From the NCBI GenBank assembly GCA_047967505.1, contig CM106538.1: DNA of 64,000 nucleotides; one strand, given 5' to 3'. The stretch comes from Dipteris shenzhenensis. Lineage: Eukaryota. Numbering within the stretch: position 1 is the stretch's first letter; each line of letters starts with the position of its first letter. The notes under the pieces are model-generated. The model was not told where the DNA came from and ran no database searches. It worked only from the letters and a program-made list of their open reading frames with translations. The position numbers and the translations under genes were made by a program. Of this stretch, positions 39,260 to 51,669 are shown piece by piece.

Positions 39260-41124
39260 CAAACTAAACTAAACTAACTACTAGTAAAATAAACTAATTT
39301 AACTAGTAGGAAACACAGGAATTTCAACCACCGAGCTGGGCATCAATTATTTTGGTTGCAAAAGCATATATTTATTTATTTATTGTTCAACCACGATGGT
39401 TTAGGACAATCACATAACTACTTGAAGTAGCTCAATGATATATTGCATGATGTTCCCAACTGGCAACCACCAGGTTAGTTTAGGACAATCACATAAGTCC
39501 AAGCTAGCCTGGTTTGGAAATTGACTGGTATATGACCTGAACCAGCCCAAAAATTAAACTTAAATAATTTAACTACTACGAGACACATCAATTATTGCTT
39601 CTGCTCTACATCCATCTGCTAGAGCCATGTTGGTCCTTCTGCTTGACAACATCTTCGACATAACAACATAGCCAATGTCGCCCTCTTTACAGCTAGAGGA
39701 TCTAATCTATGCACACCTTTCACTTTCTACAGGCCATTTCTTAGGTTAGAGAGCATCGTCTCTTGGGCATGCATCTCCTAAAGTAGTGGTAGGGTTGTCA
39801 CTCTATAAAATTTAGGGTGCAGGCTAAAGCTTGTAAAGACTCGAGACCTAAATGGCCTAATGCTATGGCCTCAACTGCTCCCATCAAATGTGAGACCATA
39901 GCTCGTCTTCTTCGTTCCAATGGCAATGATCGAATGTGTTCATCTACAACTGCTTCTTGTTGATTCTCTAAAAGGAGTTTTCTTTCTTCTCGTTGTTTCT
40001 CTCTCTGCAAACATTGCAAAAGTGCCTTTCGTTGCCCTTTCGATAATGTGCCATTTCTTTCCTCATCTCGCAATCTGGTTCTTGTGCCTTGATCAAGCTT
40101 TTCAACTTTCCTTTCCCGTAGCCTCTATCTGGTTCTCGTGTAAGCCATGACGAGGTGCACCTTGAGCTACATCTTGCCACCATTGATGCCATGGAGATGA
40201 TCAGTGAACCACCACCGGAATAGAGATCAGCTAGCTTGTGAGGTGAGCAAAGAATAGAAGATGACTTACCCGAGTAAGAAGATAATGCGAAACCAAAAGA
40301 ACAAGATCACGTCGAGTTGATTCTACACGGGGCAGGTTGCATGGCAGCGGGAGGAGAATGTACTTTGCAAGGTGACAAGAGGAGGATGCACTTTAATATT
40401 CAAAGATTTGCAGGGTGGGAGGTGAAAATTTTTGAAAGTATGCGGGGATAGCAAAATTTTCAGCCATTGTGATTTTCCTCCTCCGAGATACACGTCAGCA
40501 AAATTGGATATATTGGTTGCCCTCGAGCAAGTGCAATGTGGCCTAAGGAAGGTGTGAGGGAAATTTTGATTGAGGAGGGACGACCGATCCAGAGGTTGGA
40601 AAGGCTTCCCCCCCCCCCAACGCTTTGGTTTATTAGCTGTAAAAGCCCACCAAGGCCTCCGATTGGTGTAGCTAAGGGTGGCCAGCCCTTGGGTGGGAGG
40701 ATGTGTCGGACACCGTTCCCTTCCGACGCCAACCAACGATGGTCAAGATGTGGCTCTGCAGAATATCAAATGGCCAAGGAGGGCTCTGAGGACTTGGAGG
40801 CCCTTCTTTTTTGAGGCTTGGAGAACCAAGGAGTGTGGCCTGATCGAGGAAGGTGTGAGGGAAATTTCGATTGAGGAGGGACGATCCAGAGGTTGCAAAG
40901 GCTTCCCCCCCCCCCAAAAGAAGAAAAGAAAAAAAGAAAAAGAAAAGTGAGGCTCGCGACACTCCCAAGTTCATTCCACCGTTTGCCGGCCACATGTGTT
41001 GCGGGGCGGGGCGGGGAGGTGGTGTGAACGGAGCCAAAGGAATGGGAAGCCAAGGTTGGCTCTAGGGAAGGATGCGGTTAAGGAGGAGAGTTCAAATGTC
41101 AGTTAAGGGAGAGTTCAAATTTCC
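39260..41124 (-). mobile_element. Second (inverted) copy of the 18310-19700 repeat plus GC-rich repeated terminal region
   Basis: Homologous to 18310-19700 over ~39260-40520. A ~75-bp segment is duplicated at ~40545 and ~40846. GTTAAGG..GAGAGTTCAAAT is repeated near 41077-41124. Boundaries are uncertain. Confidence 0.55.
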
Positions 41125-41183
41125 GTTTAGTTCGTTTCTTGGGTTGATGAATCAAATACAAAAACAAAATCATATGGTAGTGC

Positions 41184-44100
41184 ATGGCTACTCACGTTCT
41201 GGCAGTCATGGCGCATCACCACCACCAGCATCATCATCTTCCTGAGCAGCAGCAGCAGCAGCAACAGCAACAGCACTGCCCTTCTCCCCTCTGCTGCATC
41301 GGTTCCAAATGCTCCTCCCTTTTACCTTCCTCCACTGCCTCCCTCCTCCCCACCGATTCCGCCTGGAACAACATCCTCAAGGTCTTTTTTCCCCTCCCCC
41401 CATCCCATCTGCTACCCCCTAGCTGTATGTTAGTCAGGCACCCCGTCCTCTATCACCTGCTTGCCCAAAGAATCCAAGCTACCTCTTTCTGAAGACTTTC
41501 ACACTCCGACTTACCCTGAAATTTGCCCGTCCTTGACGAAATTTCAATATGATTTCTTTTAGAATTCCCTTGGACAAAGGCTTCCGCTGGTGATGTAGCG
41601 TTGCTGTTTCATAGTATCTGCCTGCTTGAGTAGACTGGTGACCCTTTCCCTTGTAAAATGCATATTTGGTAAACTGAGTTCATAAGACGCGTGCGTAACT
41701 GTCAGTGCGAAACTCTTCATCTTTGCAAGATGTGAACTCCAAATTTCTTTCCAAGGGGGACTTGAGCTGAATTGCCCCTAGTTTTCCGAATGCAACCTTT
41801 TGAAGTTTTTGGTTATTTTGGTATGGATGCAAATGCTCATATCTTCAAGTTATAGTCAAACTTGATTGCTTTTTCCTAATCTTATATGGACATAAGCAGG
41901 CAGCTGGGGATGCTACTACGGTTCTGAAGGAAATTATCAAAGGCCTGCAGGACGACGTAAATGTATCCAGCAGTAGACAGGTTGCAAGAGATTCATTCGA
42001 CTCCTGTTTCGAAACTTCATAAAATTGATCACAAAGCTTCACTCATTTGAAATCGCAGTTCGAAACACATACGCGGTTCTGAAATCCTCTCGTGCAATTT
42101 TCTTTTTCTGAATACATGGCAGCTGGTCCGTCTAATTATAATTTCCAAATAAGCGTATTATCTATGTTACAATGATGAGACTTACGGGCGAGATGGGGCT
42201 TCTTGAATCAGCTCAGGAAGAATGAGAAAATTTCATACATTTTATAGAAATTTGTGGCACTTTTTCCTTAAAAGAGTCTGACTACAAGTTGGCTCTAATC
42301 TCTGTACTAATCTCTTCCTCACTGTGATGCCTTTTTGTGTAATTATATTTGCTCATCCTTCTGGCAGATTTTTGGAGCTTTGAAGAAAACTAATGTGAAG
42401 AAACTAGTGGGCAGGCTAATGAAAGTCTCGACTCAGCTATCATCCTTTGAGACCCAGGTGAAGTGACAGAAGTGCAGGATAAGCATTGTATCTTCTGCAT
42501 TTCTTTGGGCTGCTTTTAGTCATGTTTGAATCTTTTTGCTGTGTTTAGTGCTGCAAATTTCCAACCTGTTATCTTCTCTTAGAATTGTTAGTGTTTATTT
42601 CAGACTGACACGTCTCTTTGTGGAGCTTGTGGACTGCATAAATAGATGTTCCTCTTTAGTTGTCATCTTTCTTGAGGATCCGTTCAACCTTTGCCTTCAA
42701 AGATGTGGTGATGTAAAACTGAGTTGCATGCTGATCATACACGCTGTGGACCTAGTAGGACAGATGTTCTGGTGACTTTCAGCCTTTGATAGAGCAATAT
42801 CGGTTTCCCAATGGCCACCTGTTCCAATTATACACCTCTTCCCTGGTTCTTCATCGATATCTTGGATAGAGACTAATTTTTGTTGGCGTTCCCATCTGCC
42901 TTCCCTTAATGTCCTTTACAACTGTAAGATAACACAAACCCAGACCAAACGTAGCCTGCTATATGCAGTGATATGAAGAAAATATCTAATTTGTCGATGG
43001 TTAGCTTCAGGTATCTGTTGGAGGATATGCTTCCTCTTTGATCATCTCATGCAGAAGATTTACACCTGCACGGAAACTTCCCAAAATTGCATCTAGTCCA
43101 AATTCTGCACTAGAATTTGGTTAGCTTCAGGTATCTGTTGGAGGATATGCTTCCTCTTTGATCATTTCATGCAGAAGATTTACACCTGCACAGAAACTTC
43201 CCAAAATTGCATCTAGTCCAAATTCTGCACTAGAATTGCATCTTCATGTAGCAATACTGCTGCAATTCGATAGGCAGCATCACTATCCACCATATGTGGG
43301 ATGATTATTGCCACATAGCATTCTCCCCCCAATTCTCCAAATAGTCCAATAACACTACAAGCACTGTTCCGATTACCATTTTATTAATCATCGGCCAGGC
43401 CCACCCAGAGGCCAGAAGGATGGCAAAGTCCCTGATTCACATACTTCTGACTGCTATTTCCCTCCTAGAGGTCCAATTTGTCCAGTGCTTTGCAAGCGCG
43501 CCAGCCTGTATAGACAAAGTGTGCAAATGCGCTCTTAGAGCAACCATTGTGTGCAAGGTTGGTGCAGTTTACCGATCTGATCGTCATGAAAATAATTCTC
43601 AGACTTCTGAGTGCATGTAGGCTCCGGTTTTGGTTTGTTCTTGGAGCACTTTGTAAGCTAAGTATTGTTGCCTACCGACATTAGATAAGTCTTCCAAGTC
43701 CTGATAATCACCTCTAGACAAGACCATTGGGATTCCTTTTCTCAGCTGAGGCTAATAGTGATCTTCGGGGCTTTCCATCTTGGGCATCTTCACTTGGTGC
43801 TCTTTGTTCCCAAGTGTACAGCCCTTCATAAGCTTCTACTCCTCTTCCACTGTGGTTAACCCGCTGTTTTTCTTTGCTCCATGCTATTGCATACTATCTC
43901 CACCTAGAGTTTGAACCTCCAATCTCTCATCAAATTTCTTGGTCCAATATAGAAGACCCATTTTTTACATATGACATTATTTCCTCAGCATATTGACGAA
44001 CTCTGATGAGATGTTCACTTCAACCGTTTGGAAAGATGATTCAAAAGTGTTAGCGGGCATACCTTGTTCGGACGGCTCCTCGTGCCCAATTTTTTCCCCC

Positions 44101-44995
44101 CCACTTTATAACCCCATGAGTTGTCTGTTGCGAAGCATACTCCTTCCAAGACCAGATTTTAAGCACTACTTCCTTTTTGTCCTGTACCCTCCCCATTCTC
44201 TTTAGAATATTTTTGTGCTTAACTGATGGCATAAGTAAGGATGTTACAGCACGTGGTGCTTTCCATGCATGATGGAGTTTATGAATGGAACACTAATTCA
44301 ATCCCTACAATTCATGAGTACATATATTTGTTGAAGGTTATGAATTTAAGTGGACAGCAAAACTGAGCTTTTCATTGAGATGAATTCCCGTGTCCTCAAT
44401 GGATTTGGGGTTTTGAGTCTGCATTGTATGCTTGGCAAGTTAGTAGCTATCTTTTGAAGTATGCTGTTTGTTTGCTTTTCTTGCAGATATGTGATCTAAA
44501 GGAGAAAACAAACAATTTACAGAAGAGAATGAATGGCCAGGAAGATTGTGTAGGGCTTTACACTTAATTTCTGGATGTCTTCATTTCCAAAAGAAAACCA
44601 GGAAACTTAGTTTTAGTTCTTGAGTTCGAATTTACAATTCCATCTTCAAAAGGGCTATGGTAATGAGCTAAAATAGTCCCTTCATCTGTCTTTAAACATT
44701 TATTTGGTTATTCACACGTGCCTTTTTGAAGGGCAGCCTCAGCTCGATGTCATTCAAAAAATGGATAATCTTGCATTAAGTATGCAGGTGAGAATAAGTT
44801 GGAAATATATTGATTTTGGTTTTTAACAAAATATAGAATACAATCGTGTGGTCATGCTACTTTTCTTCTAGCTGTGCTAAAATAGTAGTGTGGTTCCAGG
44901 AAGCACTCAAAAGGTTGCAAGAAGAGGATGAAGTCAAAACTAATGTGATTTGCAACTTGAGAGATGGGAAAAGGGTCTCTTTTAATTCATCCAAG
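41184..44995 (+). CDS. 5' part of an unidentified multi-exon coiled-coil protein gene; exons 41184-41381, 41900-41980, 42368-42457, 44487-44549, 44737-44787, 44900-44995 (possible next exon from 45103)
   Basis: Six GT-AG exons, all phase 0 and stop-free: MATHVLAVMAHHHHQHHHLPEQQQ..CPSPLCCIGSKC..WNNILK / AAGDATTVLKEIIKGLQDDVNVSSSRQ / IFGALKKTNVKKLVGRLMKVSTQLSSFETQ / ICDLKEKTNNLQKRMNGQEDC / PQLDVIQKMDNLALSMQ / EALKRLQEEDEVKTNVICNLRDGKRVSFNSSK. Confidence 0.72.
42999..43237. repeat. Near-perfect 120-bp tandem duplication within intron 3
   Basis: GGTTAGCTTCAGGTATCTGTTGG... starts at 42999 and 43119. Confidence 0.9.
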
Positions 44996-45130
44996 GTAGT
45001 CATTTATGTTGTTTCTCTTTAAAGAATGATTGTGGAGATATTTGTCTTTGATCAGTCCTCTCATTTCCTTAGTGAGCAATTTCTATTTGGTTTATTTATC
45101 AGGCAATGGATGCTAACACTAGGTTGCTAA

Positions 45131-46000
45131 CACTACAGGACGTAAAAGTGTCCTTTCATAGGTTTGGGGAAAAATAATTTTCCCCACGAACCTATGAATT
45201 TACATTTTTAATTGATAATTTCCTTATTTATGGTCAATCTACATTATCCTAACATTATGGAAATTATTGGCATCAGGAAAAAATATCATACATCATGATA
45301 AACAAATGATCTTATAGTAAGCACTGAAAATAAGGAATATTTGGCAAATTTTTTATTCTCCTAGGGAAAAAACCGTTTGGTAATTTCCTTTACAATTATC
45401 CATGTACATGATCAAGACATCATGGGAAAATTATTGGCATGGTAAGAAAAATACATACATCATGGTTACACCATCATTTTTATCCCTCTTTGGACAAGCG
45501 GTGGCCAAGATAAAAAATTGATTCCAAAATTGGAATCGAATAGGGCATCATGAAGGTATCAATTGTACTTGGGGAAAATCTACAGTTTTCTTCAAGATAT
45601 AAATATCATGATCCAAAAGAGATGGATGCAAAAGAGATCCTTGATGTGTCAAAAAATTTCTGTGATTTTTTAGGCCCTAGGACGTTTTTAAGCCTATTAC
45701 CAAAACTAATGTTAAATGTTTTATCACTGTCTTATAGTTAAGTTTGTATCCACCTACACGGAAAGAGTATAAACTGTAATATTTGGACTTTGGAAGAATT
45801 TGTAAGTCAATATGCTAGATCATTTATTTGTATGTTGGAAGAAGATTTTGCTAGTGTGACAGGGAATATGTGTTCCTTGCGTGAGGGTCACTACAGGGGT
45901 ATCAGAAGTTATATTGAAAACCACATGGCAATGGACCTCTTTGCCTTTGTGAAAAATACAAATGATAAGAACAAGTGAAATGCATGATTTATTTATTTTG
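45131..46000 (+). mobile_element. Possible CACTA transposon terminus with subterminal inverted repeats (right boundary approximate)
   Basis: Starts CACTACAGG, followed by the palindrome TTCATAGGTT-TGGGGAAAA..TTTTCCCCA-CG-AACCTATGAA and repeated AAATTATTGGCAT. The other terminus was not found. Confidence 0.4.
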
Positions 46001-46432
46001 TCTCTTCTCATTTCATAACATCACATACCTAGATAGGGGTCCTGGCATATGGCAGGACTGAGACGGGCAGACAGTGGCTACCATGGGGAGGTGAGTCCTC
46101 TCATTCTCTATGCAACTAGGAGCTGACAGAGATACATTCACAGGCCACTAGATGGTTCCATGCACAGGGGGAATGTCTAGCGATCATCATCTCCCTCCGT
46201 ATCAGTGCTCCCTCGATGCACCTACTATGTGATAGGAGATCCATTAGGTTATCAGGGATGATCTGTGGCACGTTCACATTTAGCAGACATGGGTGTCCCT
46301 AAATGCAGCCCAAATTTTAAGACTTCAATGCATCAATTTTGGCTTTAATAAGCGAGTATAATGGTGGCTCATTTTATAGGTAGAGGAGCCTTATCATCTA
46401 TGATGTCACACATAATCGAATCAGATGACATC

Positions 46433-47009
46433 TGCAGGAATGGGAAGAAGGTGGAAAGGAGGCAAGTGAGCTAGAAGGAAGGAAGCATAACTTGAAATAG
46501 AAATGAAAGGAAATGGAAATGGAAAGAAAGGAAAGAACCAAAGGAAATCACTTACATGACCAAAAGCTCCACTTGAGTTGATTGATGTGACAAGAGAAAG
46601 TACAACACTCACATAGAGTGGACACGCACACTCAAGTACCATATGTATATGGGATAACTCTCAAGATGCCACATGGCACTCTCTCACACAAAAACTCATG
46701 AACTAGTTCCTAGTACACACTAGAACTTACTCTTTAACTATTATTTCTCCAACATTCCTCCTCAGAGCAAAGAGTGTGAGACCCAACACGCAAGGAGTAG
46801 ACCGATCCCCCCTCCACCGCAATACTGCAAAGAGGAAGTCCAACTATCCAACAACTCACGTGTGATAGTGACTTCGAGTCAGCTTGTGACCGGCAGTGAG
46901 AACCATCCCTCATCACCCCCCCTTACTCTGAACTGGGTAGGAGTCTCACATGAGACCATAAGAGTAAACACCCAAGACAATCATTTTTGGGGGACTACCC
47001 AGGGTAGAG
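46433..47009 (-). mobile_element. 3' end (3' UTR, PPT, 3' LTR 46433-46754) of a copia-family element in minus orientation
   Basis: On the minus strand, GAGGAGGAA PPT then TGTTGG...CCTGCA; the LTR is the reverse-complement homologue of 47010-47327. Confidence 0.85.
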
Positions 47010-48863
47010 TGTTGAATCATAGTGAAAGAGTATGTTCTAGTGTGTACTAGGAACTAGTTCATGAGTCTTTGTGTGAGAGAGTGCCATGTGGCATCTTGGG
47101 AGTTATCCCATATACATATGGTACTTGAGTGTGTGTGTCCACTCAATATGAGTATTGTACTTTCACTTGTCACATCAATCAACTCAAGTGGAGCTTTTGG
47201 TCATGTAAGTGATTTCCTTTGGTTCTTGCTTTTCTTTCCATTTCCATTTCCTTTCATTTCGATTTTCAGTTATGTTTCCTTCCTTCTAGCTCCCTTGCCT
47301 CCTTTCCACTATCTTCCTGTTCCTTCATGTGGCATCAGAGCCATGTCTCCTTTCTAGCTTTCCCTTCCTTGGGCAAACCTTAGGAGTGAGGTAGCCCGCG
47401 GGAAATGGAAGCTAACTTCTCTTAAAGGTCGGCCCTTCCCTCAAGCTCTAGCCTCATCATTGAGATCGAGATGCCAACTTGGAGGAGCTGCCCATCATTG
47501 ACTTGCTGCTAGCTGACTTGGAGGAGGTGCTCATCATCAACGTGCTACCACGCGTGCTCCTAGCTGTCCGTGCAGCCACTACGTCCCTCTTTTCCTGCTC
47601 GCTACCTCCTGCCCACTGCCTTCCTGCGCAGATTCCAGCAGCTGCATTGCCACTCTTCCTGCCCACTACCTCCTACTTGCTGCCTTCCTGCCCGCTGCCT
47701 TTCTGCTCGCACCTGCCCGTTGCTGCTGCTGCTGCAAATTCATCATCTTGCAGCCTTCTGTCCACCACCTAGGCTCCAATGTTGCAGGCATTTGTGAAGC
47801 TGTTCTGCACCTTGTGATCTGCTACAGCATTCGGAGCTATCCTACTGAAGTTCAAGGCATATAATTGCTGGCTATTCATTTCAATTTGCTGCCCGTCTTC
47901 ACGAAGTCATTTTCCATTATGACTTCCTTATCTTCCAATTCGGTGCTCGTGGAGAAGTTCAAAGGGGAAGGATTCCCAACCTGGCAAACAAGAATGCAAC
48001 TACTGCTTATGCGAGAAGAAGTTTGGGACATGATTGAAGATGATGAACTCGATGCTTCATCCTCCGATCTCAAGGTTGGAAGCAGCATAATGCTAAAGTC
48101 ATTGCTCTTACTGGTCTTTGCCTAGCAGATATACTGATCCACCACGTGGGCTTCAAGAGAACAACCAAGAAAATATGGGATCGCCTTGAGAGTCTTTTTG
48201 GTAATAAGATCACTAACTCAAAAGTTTTTGAAACTCAATTTCTACAAATTGAAAATGGAAGATAGTGATCTGCTAAGTGATCACTTGGCAAAAAAGCAAT
48301 CTCTTGTCCACCAACTCTCAAGTTTCAAATGTTCACCGGATGATGAGGACAAGATGGTTGTGCTTATGAAGAGTATGGAAGGGGTTTCCTGGTTTGAACA
48401 AACCCTTGAAGTACTAAGGCTTGCCACTACCACATTTGATGATATGGTAGCCCTACTTATTGAAAAAGACCGTCGCAATAAGGAATCTCTTATAATCTAT
48501 CCTACTGATCAAGCACTTGCCTCCATAAGCAAATGTTATTTGCAGGTTTTGTAAACACAAAGGTCACATTGAAGCAAAATGCTTCAAGAAAAAGGCTAAA
48601 GAACAAGATGATCATCATGTCAACTTGGTCACAGAAAACCAAGTACCAGAAGAAGCACTGGAGAGATCCATGCGCTTACAGCCGCAGTCTCATGCCTCTC
48701 CATTGAGGAGGATGATGATGTTTGGGTCTTTTAGGCCCCCTTCTATCTGTGTGTTTCTATTGAGTCAATAAAGGTTCTTTGCCTTGAGTAGTCACTCTAA
48801 AATGATTGTATTTGGAGTCAATAAGGGTACTCTGCCTTGGGTTGTTTCTCAAAAGTGATTGTA
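47010..48863 (+). mobile_element. Gag-only copia-type element (5' LTR 47010-47327, PBS 47330-47342, gag ~47919-48733), interrupted by a LINE
   Basis: TG...CA LTR and PBS TGGCATCAGAGCC. Gag reads VEKFKGEGFPTWQTRMQLLLMREEVWDMIE, FYKLKMEDSDLLSDHL, with knuckle CRFCKHKGHIEAKC. A stop is followed by non-coding repeats; no pol motifs. Confidence 0.88.
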
Positions 48864-49168
48864 CTCTGCTCGTACTCTCCCTTGCTGATTGCCCGCTCTC
48901 CCTTGCTTCAGGTTAGGCAGTTTCAGGGCCCTCTCCGGGACTCTGTTCGACTCGTGTTCCGGGGAGCTGAGATCCTGGGCTGTTTCCACGCATCGGCGGA
49001 GCTGTCTGCTTCAGCACTGAGCGACCTGTTTGCATCTCACGCAGGCTGAAGATCGAAGCATTCTTTTTACAGGTTTCTTTGGGGTTTTACTTGTGGTTGG
49101 TTGCGAGTTCTTGGTGGGTATTTTCAGCAGAGGTAGCTCCTCCCTTCAGGACAGCGTAAGCTGAGACA

Positions 49169-51669
49169 ATGGAGGACACAAATGCCACTCCCGTCGCCGA
49201 ACCTGAGGAGATTGAAATCACAGTTTCTTTTCCTCCCGACATTGTGCAGATGATTGAGGTAGCAGAGAAGGGTTTTCGTTCGACACACATCATTGGCTTT
49301 CTACCCGGTAGAGGCCAACAGTTACGTGACTGGGTGTACACCAGCATGGCTTCTTTGGGTGTCTCAGTTACGGTTTTCTGATTGCTTGGCAGAGGGTACT
49401 TTTCTTTTGGCCTTCAGTCTGCACAGCAGGCTCAAAGAGTACTTATGAGCTCACCGATTCAGTTTCAGAGCAGAGTCATCCATTTGTGGCCTTGGCGGAA
49501 GCACTTCAGTTCTACTTCTCCTGGACCGCGACAGGTCTCCTTTTGGATCCTTTTCCCTGGACTTCCTGATGAGGTCAGCTCTTGTCGCAGAGCTGTCGAG
49601 CATATGGCTAGTGTGGCAGGTACAGTCATCTCTTCAGGTGCTAGACTTTCCTATGCTCAGTCACTTACTGGCGCAGGTGTTACGAGGGTCAGACTCATTT
49701 CAGATTTCCCCCCTCCTCGACCTTTGCCTACTTTGATTTCGTACTCCACTGAAGATGGGGTCCAGATGCAGCAGAGGGTTTTGTACGAGGGTCTTCCTGA
49801 TCAGTGTCTTTTCTGTCGGAAGAGAGGTCACTTTATTAGGGATTGCCCCAGTCGTCGGCATCGATCAGAGACTCCGGATACATCTCATCCTCCGAGTGAC
49901 CCAAAACCTATAGCTCAGCCTCCAGGGGTCTTTGAGCCTGCTCCGACTCATTCAGCAGAGCGAGAGGAGATTCCTTTGGGGGAGCCTCCAGTGAACTCAG
50001 AGGATTTGGAGGTGCCTCCAGCGGAACAGATTTCAAGGAGAGCTCGGAGGAGACAGAGATAGAGGGAGAGTCAGCAGTACGAGCAACCTCCAGGGGTCTC
50101 TGAGCCTACTTCGACTCATTCAGTAGAGCGAGAGGAGACTTTTTTGGGGGAGCCTTCACTGAACTCAGAGGACTTGGAGATGCCTCCAGCACGGAGAGCT
50201 CAGAGGAGACGGAGATAGAGGGAGAGTCAGCAGTACGAGCAGACCCAGGTACGAGCTCACAGTTGGCAGAGAGTTCAGACACATGTGCAGGAGACCCCGG
50301 AAAGGGGAGATACAGAGGACCATCCGCAGGCAGGTCTTGACACTGTGCAGGAGATGGTAGCTCAGGGAGTTGAGACACACGTGCAGGAGACCCCGGAAAG
50401 GGGAGATACGGTGGACCATCCGCAGGCAGGTCTTGACACTGTGCAGGAGATGGTAGCTCAGGGAGTTGAGACACACGTGCAGGAGACCCCGAAAAGGGGA
50501 GATGCAAAGGACCATTTGCAGGTAGGGCCTCACACTGTGCAGGAGACAGCAGCTCAGGATTTGATGACTCTTGACACTTCTACCCCGGAGGTTCATTTAT
50601 TGGTTTCTGAGACAGTTATCTAGCTGGAGGCTGCTCAGGCTGTGGACACGGTGATGGATGCCTCTATATAGCAGTCCAGTGAGAGAGAGGTATTTCATGA
50701 CACAGGTCAAGCCAGAGCCCGTCCCAGGATTTCATGCGCCTATATGAGGTTCCCTCGAGACCTCTCTCTCTTCCCTATCGCATAGTACCTTCTTTTGTTG
50801 CTATGCGGAGCGTCCTCTCAGACACCCCTCCCAGTACAGCCTCGTCCTCACAGCTTTTCACTCCTGGCTTATCTAGATTTTTTGCGAGTGCGGTCACAGA
50901 TTTCGCTCAGTACCTAGACAGGCGTGAGGGTTGGGAGATCCTAGCAGATGAGATTGAGCGAGATTTTCAGTCACCCTTGCGTACAGGCATCTCGTCGCAG
51001 ATTCTTCCTCTCCCTCTCACCTATTCCAGGTGTAGAGTTAGGACGGCTCAGCCTTTTTCAGCTCTTCTGACTCCTAGACCTGACCCCAGGATGGTTGACA
51101 GAGATCTGCCCGTTGAGTTTTGGTCCTTTTTGGCTCGAGGGGTCTCCACAGACTCCCTCACCAGATTGGAACTTCTCCCGGTATTTTGTCGACGGTCAGA
51201 GGAGGTAGAGGAATACTTGGGATTTGTTACTCTATCCAGAGAGGGGCACATTCTTCGTTTCTCCGCAAGCAGCTTTCGTTCTTGGGGGAGCGAAAGCTGG
51301 TCAGCTGAGTTACTCGACAACGAGATTGATAGACAGCTTTTGAGCATGACTCAGTTCTCATCAGTTCACCGTATTGTCGGCTCGCAGATTCATTCTTGCC
51401 CTAGGACTCTTCAACCTGGCTTCGGTGGCAGGGCCTTTCTGTTTTTGTTCTTTGAGGTTCAGGGAGACTTCGATTTGCCCAGGAGTGCCGGTTGGTTTGA
51501 CTTTCAGCTCCTCAGTTCGAGACAGAGTATTATTCCATTGGATGGAGCCATTTTACATGAGTTGGGGCAGATTTGGAGCTTGATCAGAGATCAACTTTGG
51601 ATAGTGCCGTCAGAGAGAGTCATTTGTGCTGCTGCCACTGGCATCCCATCACTTCCATCAGATGTGTAG
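49169..51669 (+). pseudogene. LINE ORF1: DUF4283/RRM-like region + CCHC knuckle + repeat linker + extra C-terminal domain
   Basis: LGRGYFSFGL...VIHLWPW...FWILFPGLP...YEGLPDQCLFCRKRGHFIRDCP. ORF pieces 49169, 49382 and 50285 share one frame. 50734..51669 is joined by a frameshift that is absent in the sister copy at ~63870-64000. Confidence 0.88.
50285..50545 (+). repeat. 96-bp (32-aa) tandem repeat x~3 in the ORF1 linker
   Basis: QETPERGDT.DHPQAGLDTVQEMVAQGVETHV units at 50285, 50381 and 50477. Confidence 0.9.

Noticed and set aside
42540-44230. Possible decayed coding sequence on the minus strand of intron 3
   Set aside because: No motif could be recognised by eye; a translated search would be needed.
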